DNA from: Chiloscyllium plagiosum
Lineage: Eukaryota
DNA length: 47,292 nt
Assembly (NCBI RefSeq): GCF_004010195.1
Contig: NC_057757.1
Coordinates: 7,907,845 to 7,955,136 of the forward strand
Direction of reading: 5' to 3'
Part shown: piece after piece, positions 11,430 through 22,950 of the stretch
Layout: the number at the start of each line of letters is the position of its first letter
Numbering within the stretch: the first letter of the stretch is position 1
The notes under the pieces: generated by a model
The model's input: the letters and a program-made list of their open reading frames with translations, nothing else
What the model was told of the DNA's origin: nothing
Databases searched by the model: none
Program-made: the position numbers and the translations under genes

Positions 11430-12220
11430 AAATACCACAAATAAATGCTGCAAATAATCAAGAAAGCTAATGGAATGCTGGCCTTTAAATTGAGAGAGTT
11501 GGAGTACCAGGATGCAGACATTATGCTGCAGTTATACAAAACCCTGGTTAGACCCCACTTGGACCACTGTGAAGGACATCACACCTTGGGAAGAACAGAT
11601 TGACCCTGGAGGGAGCCCAACATAGATTTATCCTATGGAACCTCAGGGATTAAGTTATGAAGAGAGGTGATATCAATTTTCTCCAGAATTTTAGTAGGTG
11701 AAGGGGTAATCTGATCGACGTCTTCAGGATATTAACGGGAAAGACAGGGTTGATAAAGACCAGTAGTTTCCACTGGTTGGGGAATCTGCACTGTCTGAGA
11801 ATTAGAGCCAAATGGTTCAGGGGAGATAAGGCAGAAGTGGGAGGTGCTGGAGATTAGAGTCAAGATGAGAGTGGTGCTGGAAAAGCACAGCAGGTCAGGC
11901 AGCATCTGAGGAGCAGGAGAATCAACGCTTCAGGCCGGGTCATGGGGACAGTGCTGAGCAGGAAGGTTGGAACTGGGGTAAGGTGGGGGGAGGGGAAATG
12001 AGGAAACTGCTGAAATCCAATTCCACGCACACACATCGATGTTTGGAGTGTCAGCAGATGCTGGATCAGTTGTTAGTTTTCAATCTGAGAGAGATACGTT
12101 TTTGTTCATCCAAGGTGTTAAGGGATATGGGTCAAAGACAGGTGTTAGGCCACACATCTGCCACAATGTCAGTGAATGCTAGAGCCTGAACCAGGCGCTA
12201 AATGGCCTCCCCGTCTTCCA
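11430..12220 (+). mobile_element. degenerate CR1 3' fragment containing a short Penelope-type insert (~11845-11940)
   Basis: aaagctaatggaatgctggcc...aaaaccctggttagacccca is CR1 ORF2-like. gtggtgctggaaaagcacagcaggtcaggcagc matches 5263 onward. Confidence 0.7.
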
Positions 12221-12700
12221 AAATTACGGCCAAGGCTTCCTTTTCAATGGCGACTTGCGTTTTCTCAGTTTCTGTTCGAGTCCTTAAAGAATATTTCATG
12301 GGTCTGCGCTATCCTGTAGCATCACAGTGGATGGTGCATCTGCAGTGATTAATCTCGGTAACTGTGTGCAGTAATGTGCTAATGCTTTGGATGAGGTTCA
12401 CAATCCTTTGATCTTTTTTGGCCAAATTTGCCTGGTTGACCTTCAGGTTTGACTTTCCGACTTGCCTCAGCTTGTTCATTGCTGTAGATTCGCTGAGGTG
12501 ATCATTATGTTTGACTAGACATAACTGCACTTGTCACATCCTTGCCAGACTCACAGAGCGATAGGCTCACAAATTGTAAAGTCTGTTAGCGACTGGTGAA
12601 CAGCCCCCAGCTTTGAGCAACTGGCGAGGAAAGAGAAATTGTCTTTCGTCAGGTTTCCCTTGTTTTTTGTACTGCTGACAAACAGATAGCATCTTCCTTT
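12220..12700 (-). mobile_element. Gypsy/Ty3 pol relic (RT end/RNase H N-terminus)
   Basis: Minus translation TSSKALAHYCTQLPRLITADA and RPMKYSLRTRTETEKTQVAIEKEALAVI corresponds to LAHYDP...ADAS / RPVAYASRTLTETEKRYAQIEKEALA. Confidence 0.8.
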
Positions 12701-12702
12701 CC

Positions 12703-12952
12703 CAAGAGACCTACAGGGCAACTTTTTCACGCTGAGGGTGGTACGTGTATGGAATGAGCTGCTAGAGGAAGTGGTGGAGGCTGGTACAATTGCAACATTT
12801 AAGAGGCATTTGGATGGGTATATGAATAGGAAGGATTTGGAGGGAAATGGGCCGGGGGCTGGCAGGTGGGACTAGATTGGATTGGGATATCTGGTCGGCA
12901 TGGACGGGTTGGGCCGAAGGGTCTGTTTCCATACTGTACATCTCTGTGACTC
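12703..12952 (+). mobile_element. CR1 3' end
   Basis: ggcaactttttcac...gggccgaagggtctgtttcc tail. Confidence 0.9.
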
Positions 12953-13391
12953 AGTCCGAAGGCTCTTGGCTATATCATTCACGCCCACAAGTTGTCCCAC
13001 AGACCACTCAGCTACTTGTTACCATCCGAACCTCGCTTTCCACACACCCCTTGGTGCCCATCCAGGGACTGCTTTAAAAAGCAGCAGTGTAAACAACACT
13101 CACAATGAGTGCCAGTGAATTGCATTTAACAATTGCGGCCGCTCCCTTTCACAATTCCTGCTGCTTTTCCCATTTCCGATAATCAGGAGTGTAGAAATAA
13201 TGATGATCCAGTTTAAAGGGGCAGGTGTCGAGTTAAAGATGTCGGGACTAGAGAAACATAGAGAGCACAGAGGGTTGGGGAGCTGGAGGAGGTTACAATA
13301 AAATGGAAGAGACACCTCCATAAAAGGATTCGCCAAATGAATGAAAATTAGAAAGTTAGTGCTTGAGCAGAAGGCAATCAAACTCAGGGAA

Positions 13392-13762
13392 CACAAGGCA
13401 TTTGGTACACTTTTTTTATTGGTCAGAGCATTGAGTACAGGAGTTGGACATTGGTTAGGCCACTGTTGGAATATTGTGTGCAATTCTGGTCTCCTTCCTA
13501 TCGGAAAGATGTNNNNNNNNNNNNNNNNNNNNNNNNNNNNNNNNNNNNNNNNNNNNNNNNNNNNNNNNNNNNNNNNNNNNNNNNNNNNNNNNNNNNNNNN
13601 NNNNNNNNNNNNNNNNNNNNNNNGCATTTGGATGGGTATATGAATAGGAAGGGTTTGGAGGGATATGGGCTGGGTGCTGGCTGGTGCGACTAGATTGGGT
13701 TGGGATATCTGGTCGGCATGGACGGGTTGGACAAAAGGATTCAATGACTCCACGACTCTGTG
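13392..13762 (+). mobile_element. CR1 3' end spanning gap 13513-13623
   Basis: VRPLLEYCVQFWSPSYRKD...HLDGYMNRKGLEGYG. Confidence 0.9.
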
Positions 13763-14239
13763 ACAAAGTCGATGGGATAAGGGGACTTGGTGCCAGTTGG
13801 AATGCAGGAGCCGAGTTTTAGATTACCTCAAGTTTATGGAGGGGAGGATGCGGGAACACAGCAAAGTGGGAAAAGTAGCGAGATACTGCCGATGTGGGAG
13901 ATTGGAAACAAAATCACAAAGTGCAGGAGAAACAAGGGTGTGGAGTGGGAAAGGGAGTGAACATTTTGAGTCCAGTGTGACTCCTGTTCAGAAGGCAGAT
14001 TGATTTTGGAGGGAACGAAGACATGGAGAAGGGTTTCGACAGCAGGAAATCAGGAGACGGGAATGAGGTGATCTTAATGGCGGGGGGGACAGGAATCGTT
14101 GTTCAGAATGGCAGAATGAAGGGTGACACTAAACTGTCTCAGTGTCAGATAGTTGAGACAGATGGAGTTGATAACTGGGAACCAACGCCTGAAGACAGGG
14201 GTTTTCAGTTCTCACTGGGTTTTAATGAGAACCTCATGT

Positions 14240-14640
14240 TGGCCTTTACTTCCACGTGCATCATGAATGACTCTGTTCCAGATTCCTCAGAGCCAGGTGC
14301 CAGACTGAGCAGAATTCCTGATATAGATCTGTCAGCCAGGACTCCCCGATCGGACAGTGTTAACAGCCCGAATCAGGGAACTCCGATCCTGTGAGGGCCA
14401 ACGGGCTGACCTCGTTACTATCATGGCATCCCACCCCCTTCCAGGTCTCGGGACGGAGGCCAGTTGTGTCTCCCGGAGCTTCTCCCCTTTGGCGCCTCCT
14501 TCGCTTCCTCAGATACGGGAGGCGTGTTCCAGACCATGACCCAAGTCTTGCACCTGGAGTGTCACCAGGCTGTAATATCAGCAGTGTCCATCTCATCCTC
14601 AGACGTGTCGCTAGCTGAGTGGAGGGTGAGGGGGGGGGAG
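14240..14640 (-). mobile_element. LTR-retrotransposon 3' internal end + PPT + LTR
   Basis: Reverse complement of 14330-14400 matches 15965-16035. Purine tract ggaagggggtggga precedes tgccatg (LTR start ~14428). Confidence 0.65.
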
Positions 14641-14659
14641 ACCACTCGAAAAAATAAAC

Positions 14660-14900
14660 AAGTTAGCAACACGGTTAACAAAATGGAGATGCAGGACCAG
14701 CGAATGCGTTGCATGTGCTGAGCTGCGGGAGCTGGAGGGCCCCATTGTGATTGGTGGCGACCACAACGTGCGGTACATGCTGGTTGCTTGTCAAATTCCG
14801 GCTCAGAGTTGGTGAGCTGGTGTCTGACCTATGACCGCTGTGACATTTCAGAAGGGGGAGGGTTACCTGGACGCTGTGTTTCAGGAAGCAGGCACACCCA
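14660..14900 (+). mobile_element. CR1 ORF1 5' relic (continues at 17733-17860)
   Basis: TCWLLVKFRLRVGELVSDL and KGEGYLDAVFQEAGTP resemble the CR1 ORF1 N-terminus (C..C/coiled-coil; recall). Confidence 0.55.
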
Positions 14901-14904
14901 CAAG

Positions 14905-15512
14905 AGACCAGAAGGCCACAGGAACAGAAATTAGGCCATTCAGCCCATCGATTCTGCTCCGCCATTCAATCATGGCTGTTAAGTTTCTCAACCCCATTCC
15001 CCCACTTTCTCCCTGGAGCCCTGGATCCCCTTGATGCTCAAGAGCCTATCTATCTCCATCTTATTATAGTCAATGACCTGGCCTCCACAGCCTTCTCCCA
15101 GAGATTCCTCACTCTCTGGATGAAGACGTTTCTCTTTATCTCTGTTTGGCACGGTGGCTCAGTGATTAGCACCTCAGCCTCACAACGCCAAGGACCCAGG
15201 TTTGATTCCTGCCTCGGGTGACTGTCTGCGTGGAGTTTGCACGTTCTCCCCCGTGTCTGCGTGGGTTTGCTCCGGTTTCCTCCCACAGTCCAATGATGTG
15301 CAGGTCAGGTGAACTGGCCAAGCTAAATTGCCCGTAATGTTAGGTGCATTAGTCAAGGGGTAAATATAGGGTATGGGAATGGGTTTGGGTGGGTTCCTCT
15401 TCAGAGGGTCGATTTGGGCTGAAGGGCCTGTTCCAATATTGTATGGAATCTAAAAAAAAATGCTCTTCCCTTTACTCTAAGGCCAGTCCCTCGGGTCCCT
15501 GTCTCTCCTACC
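14905..15512 (-). mobile_element. CR1 3' tail split by HE1 (15148-15452, +)
   Basis: ggaacagaaattaggccattcagccc tail. HE1 A/B boxes at ~15150-15210. Confidence 0.75.
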
Positions 15513-16364
15513 AATGTGCCATTTTCCAGAGGACCATGGAGAACTCTTTACAAGGTCTGCCCCAGATCTCCATTTCTCTGGATGGCGTGGTAATAACAGG
15601 GAAGACCAACAATGACCAACGAGGTCCCATAATGTACCCCCTCGCTAACAGGGCAGGAGAGAAACATCCCCGGCCCCTCAGAACCCCCGGCAAGGCAGTT
15701 AGAACCCGTGAGACACCCCCTCACCCACTAGCGTCAAAGAAACCTCTGAGGATGTCACACGCTGTTCCTGTCTGAAGAGGAAGTTGTGTTTCAGTGGGGG
15801 AAGGGGTGCACTCCCAGTGTAGGAGGTGGGCTACGCGAGTATCTGAGGCAACGATGAAGGAACCAGGCCTGATCCCAAAATGCCCCAGGGGCAGCTACCC
15901 CAGGGCCTCCATTGCAGGACTTAGAGAGGGGGGGTGGGAAATGCCGTAATTGCAATGCTGTCAGCTCATAGAATAGGAGTTCCCTGATTGGGGCTGTGAA
16001 CCGGGTCCGATCAGGGAGCCCTGGCTGACAGATACAGACAGGAGGTTCTGCTCGCTCTGAGAGCTGGGTCACTGTCATATACCACAGGTAGTTCTGCTAT
16101 AACATGCGTGTATTAAATGCAATTTGGCTCCAACGCGATTCGTAAATCGTGGACCTGTTTTGTTAAAAAACTATTTTTAAAAATTGCCGTCGTGCTACCT
16201 CACAGCACCATTTCCTCATGCCGAGTGGGACTAATCCCTGCTGCCTGTCCTTGCTCCATATCCCTCCGTCCATGTGTTTATCTAAAAGCCCCTTAAACAC
16301 CCCGATTGTATCTGCCTCCACCCCCACCTCTGGCAGCGTGCTCCAGACCTTTACCACTCTGTGA

Positions 16365-16695
16365 CTCAGTGGTTTGCACGGCTGCCTCACAGCGCCAGAG
16401 TCCCGGGTTCGATTCCAGCCTCGGGGCGTCTGTCTGTGTGGAGTTTCTCCCCGTGTCTGCGTGGGTTTCCTCCGGGTGCTCCGGTTTCCTCCCACAGTCC
16501 AAAGATGTGCAGGTTAGGGTGAATTGGTCACGCTAAATTGCCCCATAGTGTTCAGGTTCGGTGCATTAGTCAGGGGGAAATGTAGAGCAAGAGGGTAGGG
16601 GAATTGCTCTGGGTGGCTTACTCTTCAGAGGGTCAGTGTGGACTTGTTGGGCTGAAGGGCCTATTTCCACACTGTAGGGATTCTATTCTATGATT
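16365..16695 (+). mobile_element. HE1-type SINE
   Basis: A/B boxes, core, (attct)n tail. Confidence 0.9.
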
Positions 16696-16987
16696 CCATT
16701 CTTGGTGCTTACCGGGACAGCCAAACCCAGCCTCGGTGTACGCAGCACGCGCAGCTCAAATTGGAATGCAGTCAGCTCTGCAAAGCCTGGAAATTTAGCA
16801 TGGAACTGGGAATCATTGTCCACGTTCAGGAGGAGCTTTATCTCAAACCAGCGGGAGAATCTGGAGGAGGGCTGGACTTCCCCATCGGCATCACATGGTC
16901 AGTCAGCTCACTCGCTTTACTGAAGGTACAGTGTTGTAGTCACTGATTTTAGCATTAACATTCAGCGTTAAAGTTTCATTAAATATA

Positions 16988-17480
16988 TAGACTCATAGAG
17001 ATGTACAGCATGGAAACAGACCCTTCGGTCCAACCCGTCCATGCCGACCAGATATCCCAACCCAATCTAGTCCCACCTACCAGCAACCGGCCCATATCCC
17101 TCCAAACCCTTCCTATTCATATACCCATCCAGATGCCTCGAAAATGTTGCAATTGTACCAGTCTCCACCACATCCTCTGGCATCTCATTCCACACACGTA
17201 CCACCCTCTGTGTGAAAAAGTTGCCCCTTAGGTCTCTTTTATATCTTTCCCCTCTCACCCCAAACCTATACCCTCTAATTCTGGACTCCCCTCACCCCAG
17301 GGAAAAGAGTTTGTCCATTTACCCTATCCATGCCCCTCATGATCTTGTAAACCTCTATAAGGTCACCCCTCAGCCTCCGACGGTCCAGGGAAAACAGCCC
17401 CAGCCTGTTCAACCTCTCCCTGTAGCTCAGATCCTCTAACCCTGGCAACACCCTTGTAAATCTTTTCTGAACCATTTGAA
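16988..17480 (-). mobile_element. CR1 3' end (young)
   Basis: ORFs 17275..17475 and 17067..17258 are the CR1 ORF2 C-terminus. Confidence 0.92.
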
Positions 17481-17899
17481 GATTTACTTAGACTGTGCTA
17501 TCATTAGTGTGAGGCAAACTTTTATTTTTGTTTCCATTTTTTTCCGACAGCTTTGCGCGCTTCACTCCAACACTGTTTTTCCCGTATGGCACGTTATTTC
17601 AATTGCACGATAGTCTATGACACGGTGTCACACGGGAACGCAACTACTCTCTATAGGAGAGCTACCTGTGTGCACGTGGACATAAAGGGTGACTCGGTGA
17701 GGGGGAGTACGCCTGCTGTGGGACTATTTCAGGTCGGGGTGTGACGATGAGTGTGGCAGGTGGAGGGATCCGGCAGGTTATGCTGAAAGACCCTCAGCCC
17801 TTGAGGTTGTCTGTCAGGTTTGAGGTCATTGCTCCCTGTGTGGGCGAGGGCACAGCGTTAGTGTAAAAGGAAGACGCTTTAGAACAGAGATCAGGAGAA

Positions 17900-18185
17900 T
17901 GGGCGGTACGGTGGTTAGCACTGCTGCCTCACAGCACCAGAGACTTGGGTTCGATTCCCGCCTCAGGCAACTGTCTGTGTGGTGTTTGCACATTCTCCCC
18001 GTGTCTGCGTGGGTTTCCTCCAGGTGCTCCGGTTTCCTCCCACACTCCAAAGATGTGCAAGGTATGTGAATTGGCCATGCTAAATTACCCGTAGTGTTAG
18101 GTGTAGGGGAATAGGTCTGGGTGGGTTGTGGGTTGATGTGGACTTGTTGGGCCGAAGGGCCTTTTTCCGCACTGTCAGTAATCTA
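17900..18185 (+). mobile_element. HE1-type SINE
   Basis: B-box gggttcgattccc, core, tail. Confidence 0.9.
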
Positions 18186-18712
18186 AATTTCTTTACCTAG
18201 AGAGTGGTGAATCTGTGGAATTCATTGCCAGGTCATTGAGTGTATTTAAGACAGAGATAGATAAGTTCTTGATTGCCTAGGGGATCAAAGGTTACGGGGA
18301 GAAAGTGGGAAAGTAGGGACGAGAAACCGATCAGCCATGATCGAGTGGCAGAGCAGACACAATGGGCTGAATGGCCTAATTTCTGCTGCTATTGTTTCAT
18401 AAGGTAGATAGCCAACAGCTTTCCCCAGGGTAGGGGAGTCCAAAACCAGAGGGCATAGGTTTAAGGTGAGAGGGGAGAGATACCAAAGGGTCTGGAGGAG
18501 CAATTGTTTTCACACAGTGAATGTCCAGAAATGGGCTGCCAGATGTAGTGGTGGAAGCGAGTACAGTTTCTTCATTTAAGAAACATTTGGCTCGGTGCGT
18601 GGAGGGATATGGGCCAAATGCAGGCAAATGGGATTAGATTAATTGGGAAAACCAGGCGGCGTGAACAGGTTGGGCCAACGGGCCTGTGTAGATGTCTATG
18701 ACTGTATGACTG
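18186..18712 (+). mobile_element. two adjacent CR1 3' ends
   Basis: Two tails: gggctgaatggcctaatttctgc (~18365) and gggccaacgggcctg...ctatgact (~18675-18710). Confidence 0.8.
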
Positions 18713-18959
18713 GAAGGCCAGGGAATGAGTGATGTATGGTAGGACAGTGAGGAGTGGAGGAACCATAGCACGCATGTTCACCAAGATAAGGGATAAGGAT
18801 AAATGGGTAGAGTAGGTAAGAAGGCACGTGGTACACTACCCTTGGTGGGCTGAGGCTGGGAATCTAAGAGAGAGGAAGTCGTGTTGGGACTGTTCAAAAG
18901 CTTTGTAAGGCTACCATTGGAATATTGTGTGGAATCCACATTGTAGGAGGGATGTGGAA

Positions 18960-19740
18960 ACAAGGTGGCAGATGACTGTCGGAACGGCTGTACATTGGGA
19001 GAGGGGAGTGTGCAGTGGGACCTGGGTGCCCTTGTGTACCACTCACTGAAGGTGACCGAGCAGGGGGTAGTAGGAAGGCAAATGGGATGTTGGCCCTCGC
19101 TGTGGGAGGGTACAGGAGCAGAGGGATGTGTTGCTGTAGTCATACAGGGCCTTGGTGAGACCGCCCCGAGAATTGTGGGTGTTGCAGGTTTGGTCTCCTT
19201 TTCTGAGGAAGGATGCTCTCTCTCTCTCGAGGGAGGACAATGAAGGTTTCCCAGGCTGATTCCCGGGGGATGGCGGGAATGGTGTATGAGGAGAGATTGA
19301 CTCAGGATTGTTTTCACTGGAGTTCAGGTGAGCGAGGGAGGGATCTCATAGAGACGTATAAAATACTAACAGGGCTAGACAGGTTAGATGCAGGGAGGAT
19401 GTTCCCGATGGTGGGTGTGTCCAGGACCGGGGTCACCGTCTGAGGATTCAGGGTGGACTGTTTCGGACGGAGATGAGGAGACATTTCTTCACCCAAAGTG
19501 CGGGCAGCCTGTGGCATTCATTACCACAGGAAGCAGCTGGTGCCCAAAACATTGAATGTATTCAAGAGACGGCTGGATATAGCACTGGGGGGGGGGGGGG
19601 GGCGAATGGGGTCAAAGGTCAGGGGGAGAAAGCAGGGTGAGGGTCTTGAGTCAGATGATCAGCCAAGATGGTGGTGAATGGCGGAGCCAGGCCTGAAGGG
19701 CCGAATGGCCTCCTCCTGCTCCTGTCTTCGATGTTTCTGT
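18960..19740 (+). mobile_element. CR1 3' fragment (inverted near-identical copy at 37013-37677)
   Basis: GRDLIETYKILTGLDRLDAGRMFPMVGVSRT is CR1 ORF2. Tail gggccgaatggcctcctcctgc. Confidence 0.85.
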
Positions 19741-20053
19741 GTAGCACTGGAGGGGGGGGCAGAGGGAGATTGAGCCAGGATGTTGCCTGGGCTGGAGAGT
19801 TTCAGTTGTGAAGGAAGGTTGAACAGTGCAGTGGAGATTGAGAGGGGCTGTGATTGAGATGTCTACAATAATGAGGGGCATTGACAGGGTAGACATAAAG
19901 GAGCTGTTCCCCTTGATGGGGGGATCGCTGACCAGGGTGGGGCTGGGGTACAGATTAAGGGAACAGACAGGAGGTTTCGAGGAGATACAGAAATGTAAAT
20001 GATGGGAATCGGGATTTCAGAGCTGAAGCATTCAGATGCATATTCATGATGAT

Positions 20054-20258
20054 AAGTTAAAAATCACACAACACCAGGTTATAGTCCAACAGGTTTAATT
20101 GGCAGCACTAGCTTTCGGAGCGACGCTCATTCATCAGGTGGTGAAGGAGCGTTGCTCCGAAAGCTAGTGCTTCCAATTAAACCTGTTGGACTATAACCTG
20201 GGGTGTTGTGTGATTTTTAACTTTGTCCACCCCAGTCCAACACCAGCAACTCCAAATC
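20054..20258. mobile_element. Penelope pseudo-LTR inverted dimer with hammerhead-like core
   Basis: Inverted arms 20054-20223. The minus strand reads cctgatgaatgagcgtcgctccgaaagctagtgc. Same unit as 40381-40463. Confidence 0.75.
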
Positions 20259-20369
20259 AGGGCAATGAGGTTAGGCATCAAGTTGTGGAAATTGGGCTCA
20301 GAATAGTTGGATGATTGCTTTTGATGTGATGGGCTGAAGGGCCTCGTTCTATGTTGGAGATCGGCATAG

Positions 20370-20710
20370 TGGGCAACACAGTGGCTCAGTGGTTAGCACT
20401 GCTGCCTCCCAGCGCCAGGGACCCGGGTTCGATTCCAGCCTGTCCGTGTGGAGTTTGCACATTCTCCCCGTCTGCGTGGGTTTCCTCCGGGTGCTCCGGT
20501 TTCCTCCCACCCTCCAAAGATGTGCAGGTTAGGGTGAATCGGCCGTGCGAAATTGTCCGTAGTGTTCAGGGATGTGCAGGTTAGATGCATTAGTCAGGGG
20601 GAATGTAAAGTAACAGGAGACGGGAAGGGGTCTGGGTGGGATACTCTTCAGAGGGTCGGTGTGGACTTGTTGGGCCGAATGGCCTGTTTCCACACAGTAG
20701 GGATTGTTTG
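20370..20710 (+). mobile_element. HE1-type SINE
   Basis: A/B boxes, core, tail. Confidence 0.9.
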
Positions 20711-21240
20711 ACTGTGACCCTGGGCAGTGAGCGTGTGTAGGGTATTGTCAAAGAGTGAAACCTTGACCTTCCTTGCAATTTGTTGACAGACTCTGAGAAA
20801 GGGTGAGATTTTCTGTGTCCAAGCCCACAGCTGTGAGCTTGCTCATGCATTACCTACTGATAGGGCACGCAGCTGCGGCCTGCCTTATCGCCTCCTTAAC
20901 ACATTTGTTGATGCTCAGCTCATCACCTGCAGTGATTCTGGGCCCAGCACTACCTCTCCTGGGGATTCGGGTTAAATGAGCGATTGCTTAACCGAACACA
21001 AAGTGAAAGCTTTGGATCAGATACTCTGGGCAGCGACAAGAAAACCGGGGGTGGAAGGAAGGAGGGGGTGCTGAGGGGCTTTCTGCAGGACAGCAGTGGT
21101 GCAGAAAAATACTTGTAGAAATCGCACCACTATCACCCCCACCCTGTCCCCATCTTTTACAGTAGCGTGGGTTCGGTCGCCTCTGATTTGTATGTTCAGT
21201 AGCAATAGCCAGCTACTTCAGCAGGACCTCTGATCGGTTC

Positions 21241-21436
21241 AGAGCTGAAAATGTGTTGCTGGAAAAGCGCAGCAGGTCAGGCAGCATCCAGGGAACAGGA
21301 GAATCGACGTTTCGGGCATAAGCCCTTCTTCAGGAAACGCAATTCTCCTGTTCCCTGGATGCTGCCTGACCTGCTGCGCTTTTCGAGCAACACATTTTCA
21401 GCTCTGATCTTCAGCATCTGCAGCCCTCACTTTCTC
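21241..21436. mobile_element. short Penelope-type element, inverted dimer, 17-bp TSD
   Basis: Minus strand cctgaagaagggcttatgcccgaaacgtcgattc (21301-21334). cctctgatcggttcaga at 21227-21243 and 21436-21452. Confidence 0.8.
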
Positions 21437-21775
21437 CTCTGATCGGTTCAGACTTGAATGCAATAAATTTTGGGAAAGCAGAGAGCTCTCTTAGGGAATC
21501 CATGCTTCATCAACTTCATTGACTTCCTTTTACCCTTGTGGCAATTAACAATGTCCCGTTTCCAGACCTTTCCCGGCCACTGTAATCAAATTAACTGGCT
21601 GGGCTCTCTTCTTCAGAACAAAGGCATAACATTTGCAATTCTCCAGTCCCTGGAGATCGGACAATTACGGCCACTTCCGCCTCCTTCAATATCCGTGGAT
21701 TACCCCATTGTCCATGACAAGTACCAACAGTCCATCCAATTCCTCATCCTGATGGATTTGGAACCCTTCTCATGT

Positions 21776-21985
21776 CATAGAGTCATAGAGATGTACAGTA
21801 CGGAAACAGACCCTTCGGTCCAACCCGTCCATGCCGACCAGATATCCCAACCCAATCTAGTCCCACCTGCCAGCACCCGGCCCATATCCCTCCAAACCCT
21901 TCCTATTCATATACCCATCCAAATGCCTCTTAAATGTTGCAATTGTACCAGCCTCCACCACTTCCTGTGGCAACTCATTCCATCC
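21776..21985 (-). mobile_element. CR1 3' end (young)
   Basis: Near identical to 16990-17190. Confidence 0.9.
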
Positions 21986-22417
21986 TGCAAGATTAGTTGT
22001 GAATTTCACTGTTTGTTAAGTTTCCCAGATGCACTCCGATGTCCAGCGATACACAAATTCAAACAGCAAAGGCAGTAACTGTGCAGGTTCCCTCTCTCTC
22101 TCTCTCTCCTGCACTGTCCTCACCACGTGCTTCCTTTGCCTGTTCCCCTCCCTTTTAAACTGCTGTTGGTTTGACTTTTCTCCCCCCAAAGTTCCAGAAC
22201 AATGCAACAGCATATAAACCAGTAATTGCTGCTCCTGGAATTCGAGGAAATCACCTCCAACACCTAAAATACCTCAAAAAGAAGGAGCACCCTTCTCTGA
22301 CAGTGTGGCCAGGGTAGCTATCGATCTCTTTGGGAAAGACCGAGGCAATGTGTTCACACAACAGTACGGGACAGGAATGGGACAATGGGCCCACAATGTT
22401 GTGCCGAACTTTGATCA

Positions 22418-22725
22418 TTAGATTCTCTACAGAGTGGAAACAGGCCCTTCGGCCCAACCAGTCCACACCGACCCTCTGAAAAGTAACCCACCCACACCCA
22501 TTTCCCCTCTAACTAATTGACCTAACACTATGGGGCAATTTAGCAGGGCCAATCCACCCTGACCTGCACATCTTTGGAGTGTGGGAGGAAACCGGAGCAC
22601 CCGGAGGAAACCACACAAATACGGGGGATAATGTCCACACAGACAGTCGCCCGAGGCTGCAATCGAACCTGGGACCCTGGCGCTGTGAGACAGCAGTGCT
22701 AACCACTGAGCCACCGTGTCGCCCA
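22418..22725 (-). mobile_element. HE1-type SINE
   Basis: Full head-to-tail reverse complement. Confidence 0.9.
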
Positions 22726-22734
22726 ATGAAATTA

Positions 22735-22950
22735 CAGTAGTTCCCCCCCGCTATACCCACACAAGCTGAAACCGTGGATAGGAGCAAACCCACCCATTTA
22801 AACGGGAAACGTACCTTCCCAACAGCCTCCTGCACCCTGGTTGTAGAATGTTCCCTTTTATATGTTCCAGCGGCGGTAAACCGCGGGGAAAGGAAACCAT
22901 TCGGTGGACACCGGGGGGTAAGGGGGGGGGGGGGGCGCGGTTGGCCCTGT
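22735..22950. mobile_element. Tigger-like MITE relic
   Basis: ta|cagtagttccccc start, gaaaccgtggata/aaaccgcgg motifs, G-rich end. Confidence 0.45.

Larger units (their letters stand above)
16085..17668. mobile_element. non-autonomous DNA transposon (Tc1/Tigger-like) with nested retroelements
   Basis: Terminal inverted repeats caggtagttctgctata ... tataggagagctacctg. Confidence 0.6.
15510..17731 (+). mobile_element. internally deleted Gypsy element: RT relic, PPT, and 3' LTR split by a DNA transposon
   Basis: CAIFQRTMENSLQGLPQISISLDGVVITGKT corresponds to the Gypsy RT motif PAIFQR.M...IYLDD. PPT agagaggggggg at 15923. LTR ~15942-16080 and 17669-17731, ending tttca. Confidence 0.7.

Noticed and set aside
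20855..20927. Possible minus-strand exon (DELSINKCVKEAIRQAAAACPIS, donor ag|gtaatg)
   Set aside because: The acceptor lacks a polypyrimidine tract; no recognisable protein or partner exons.
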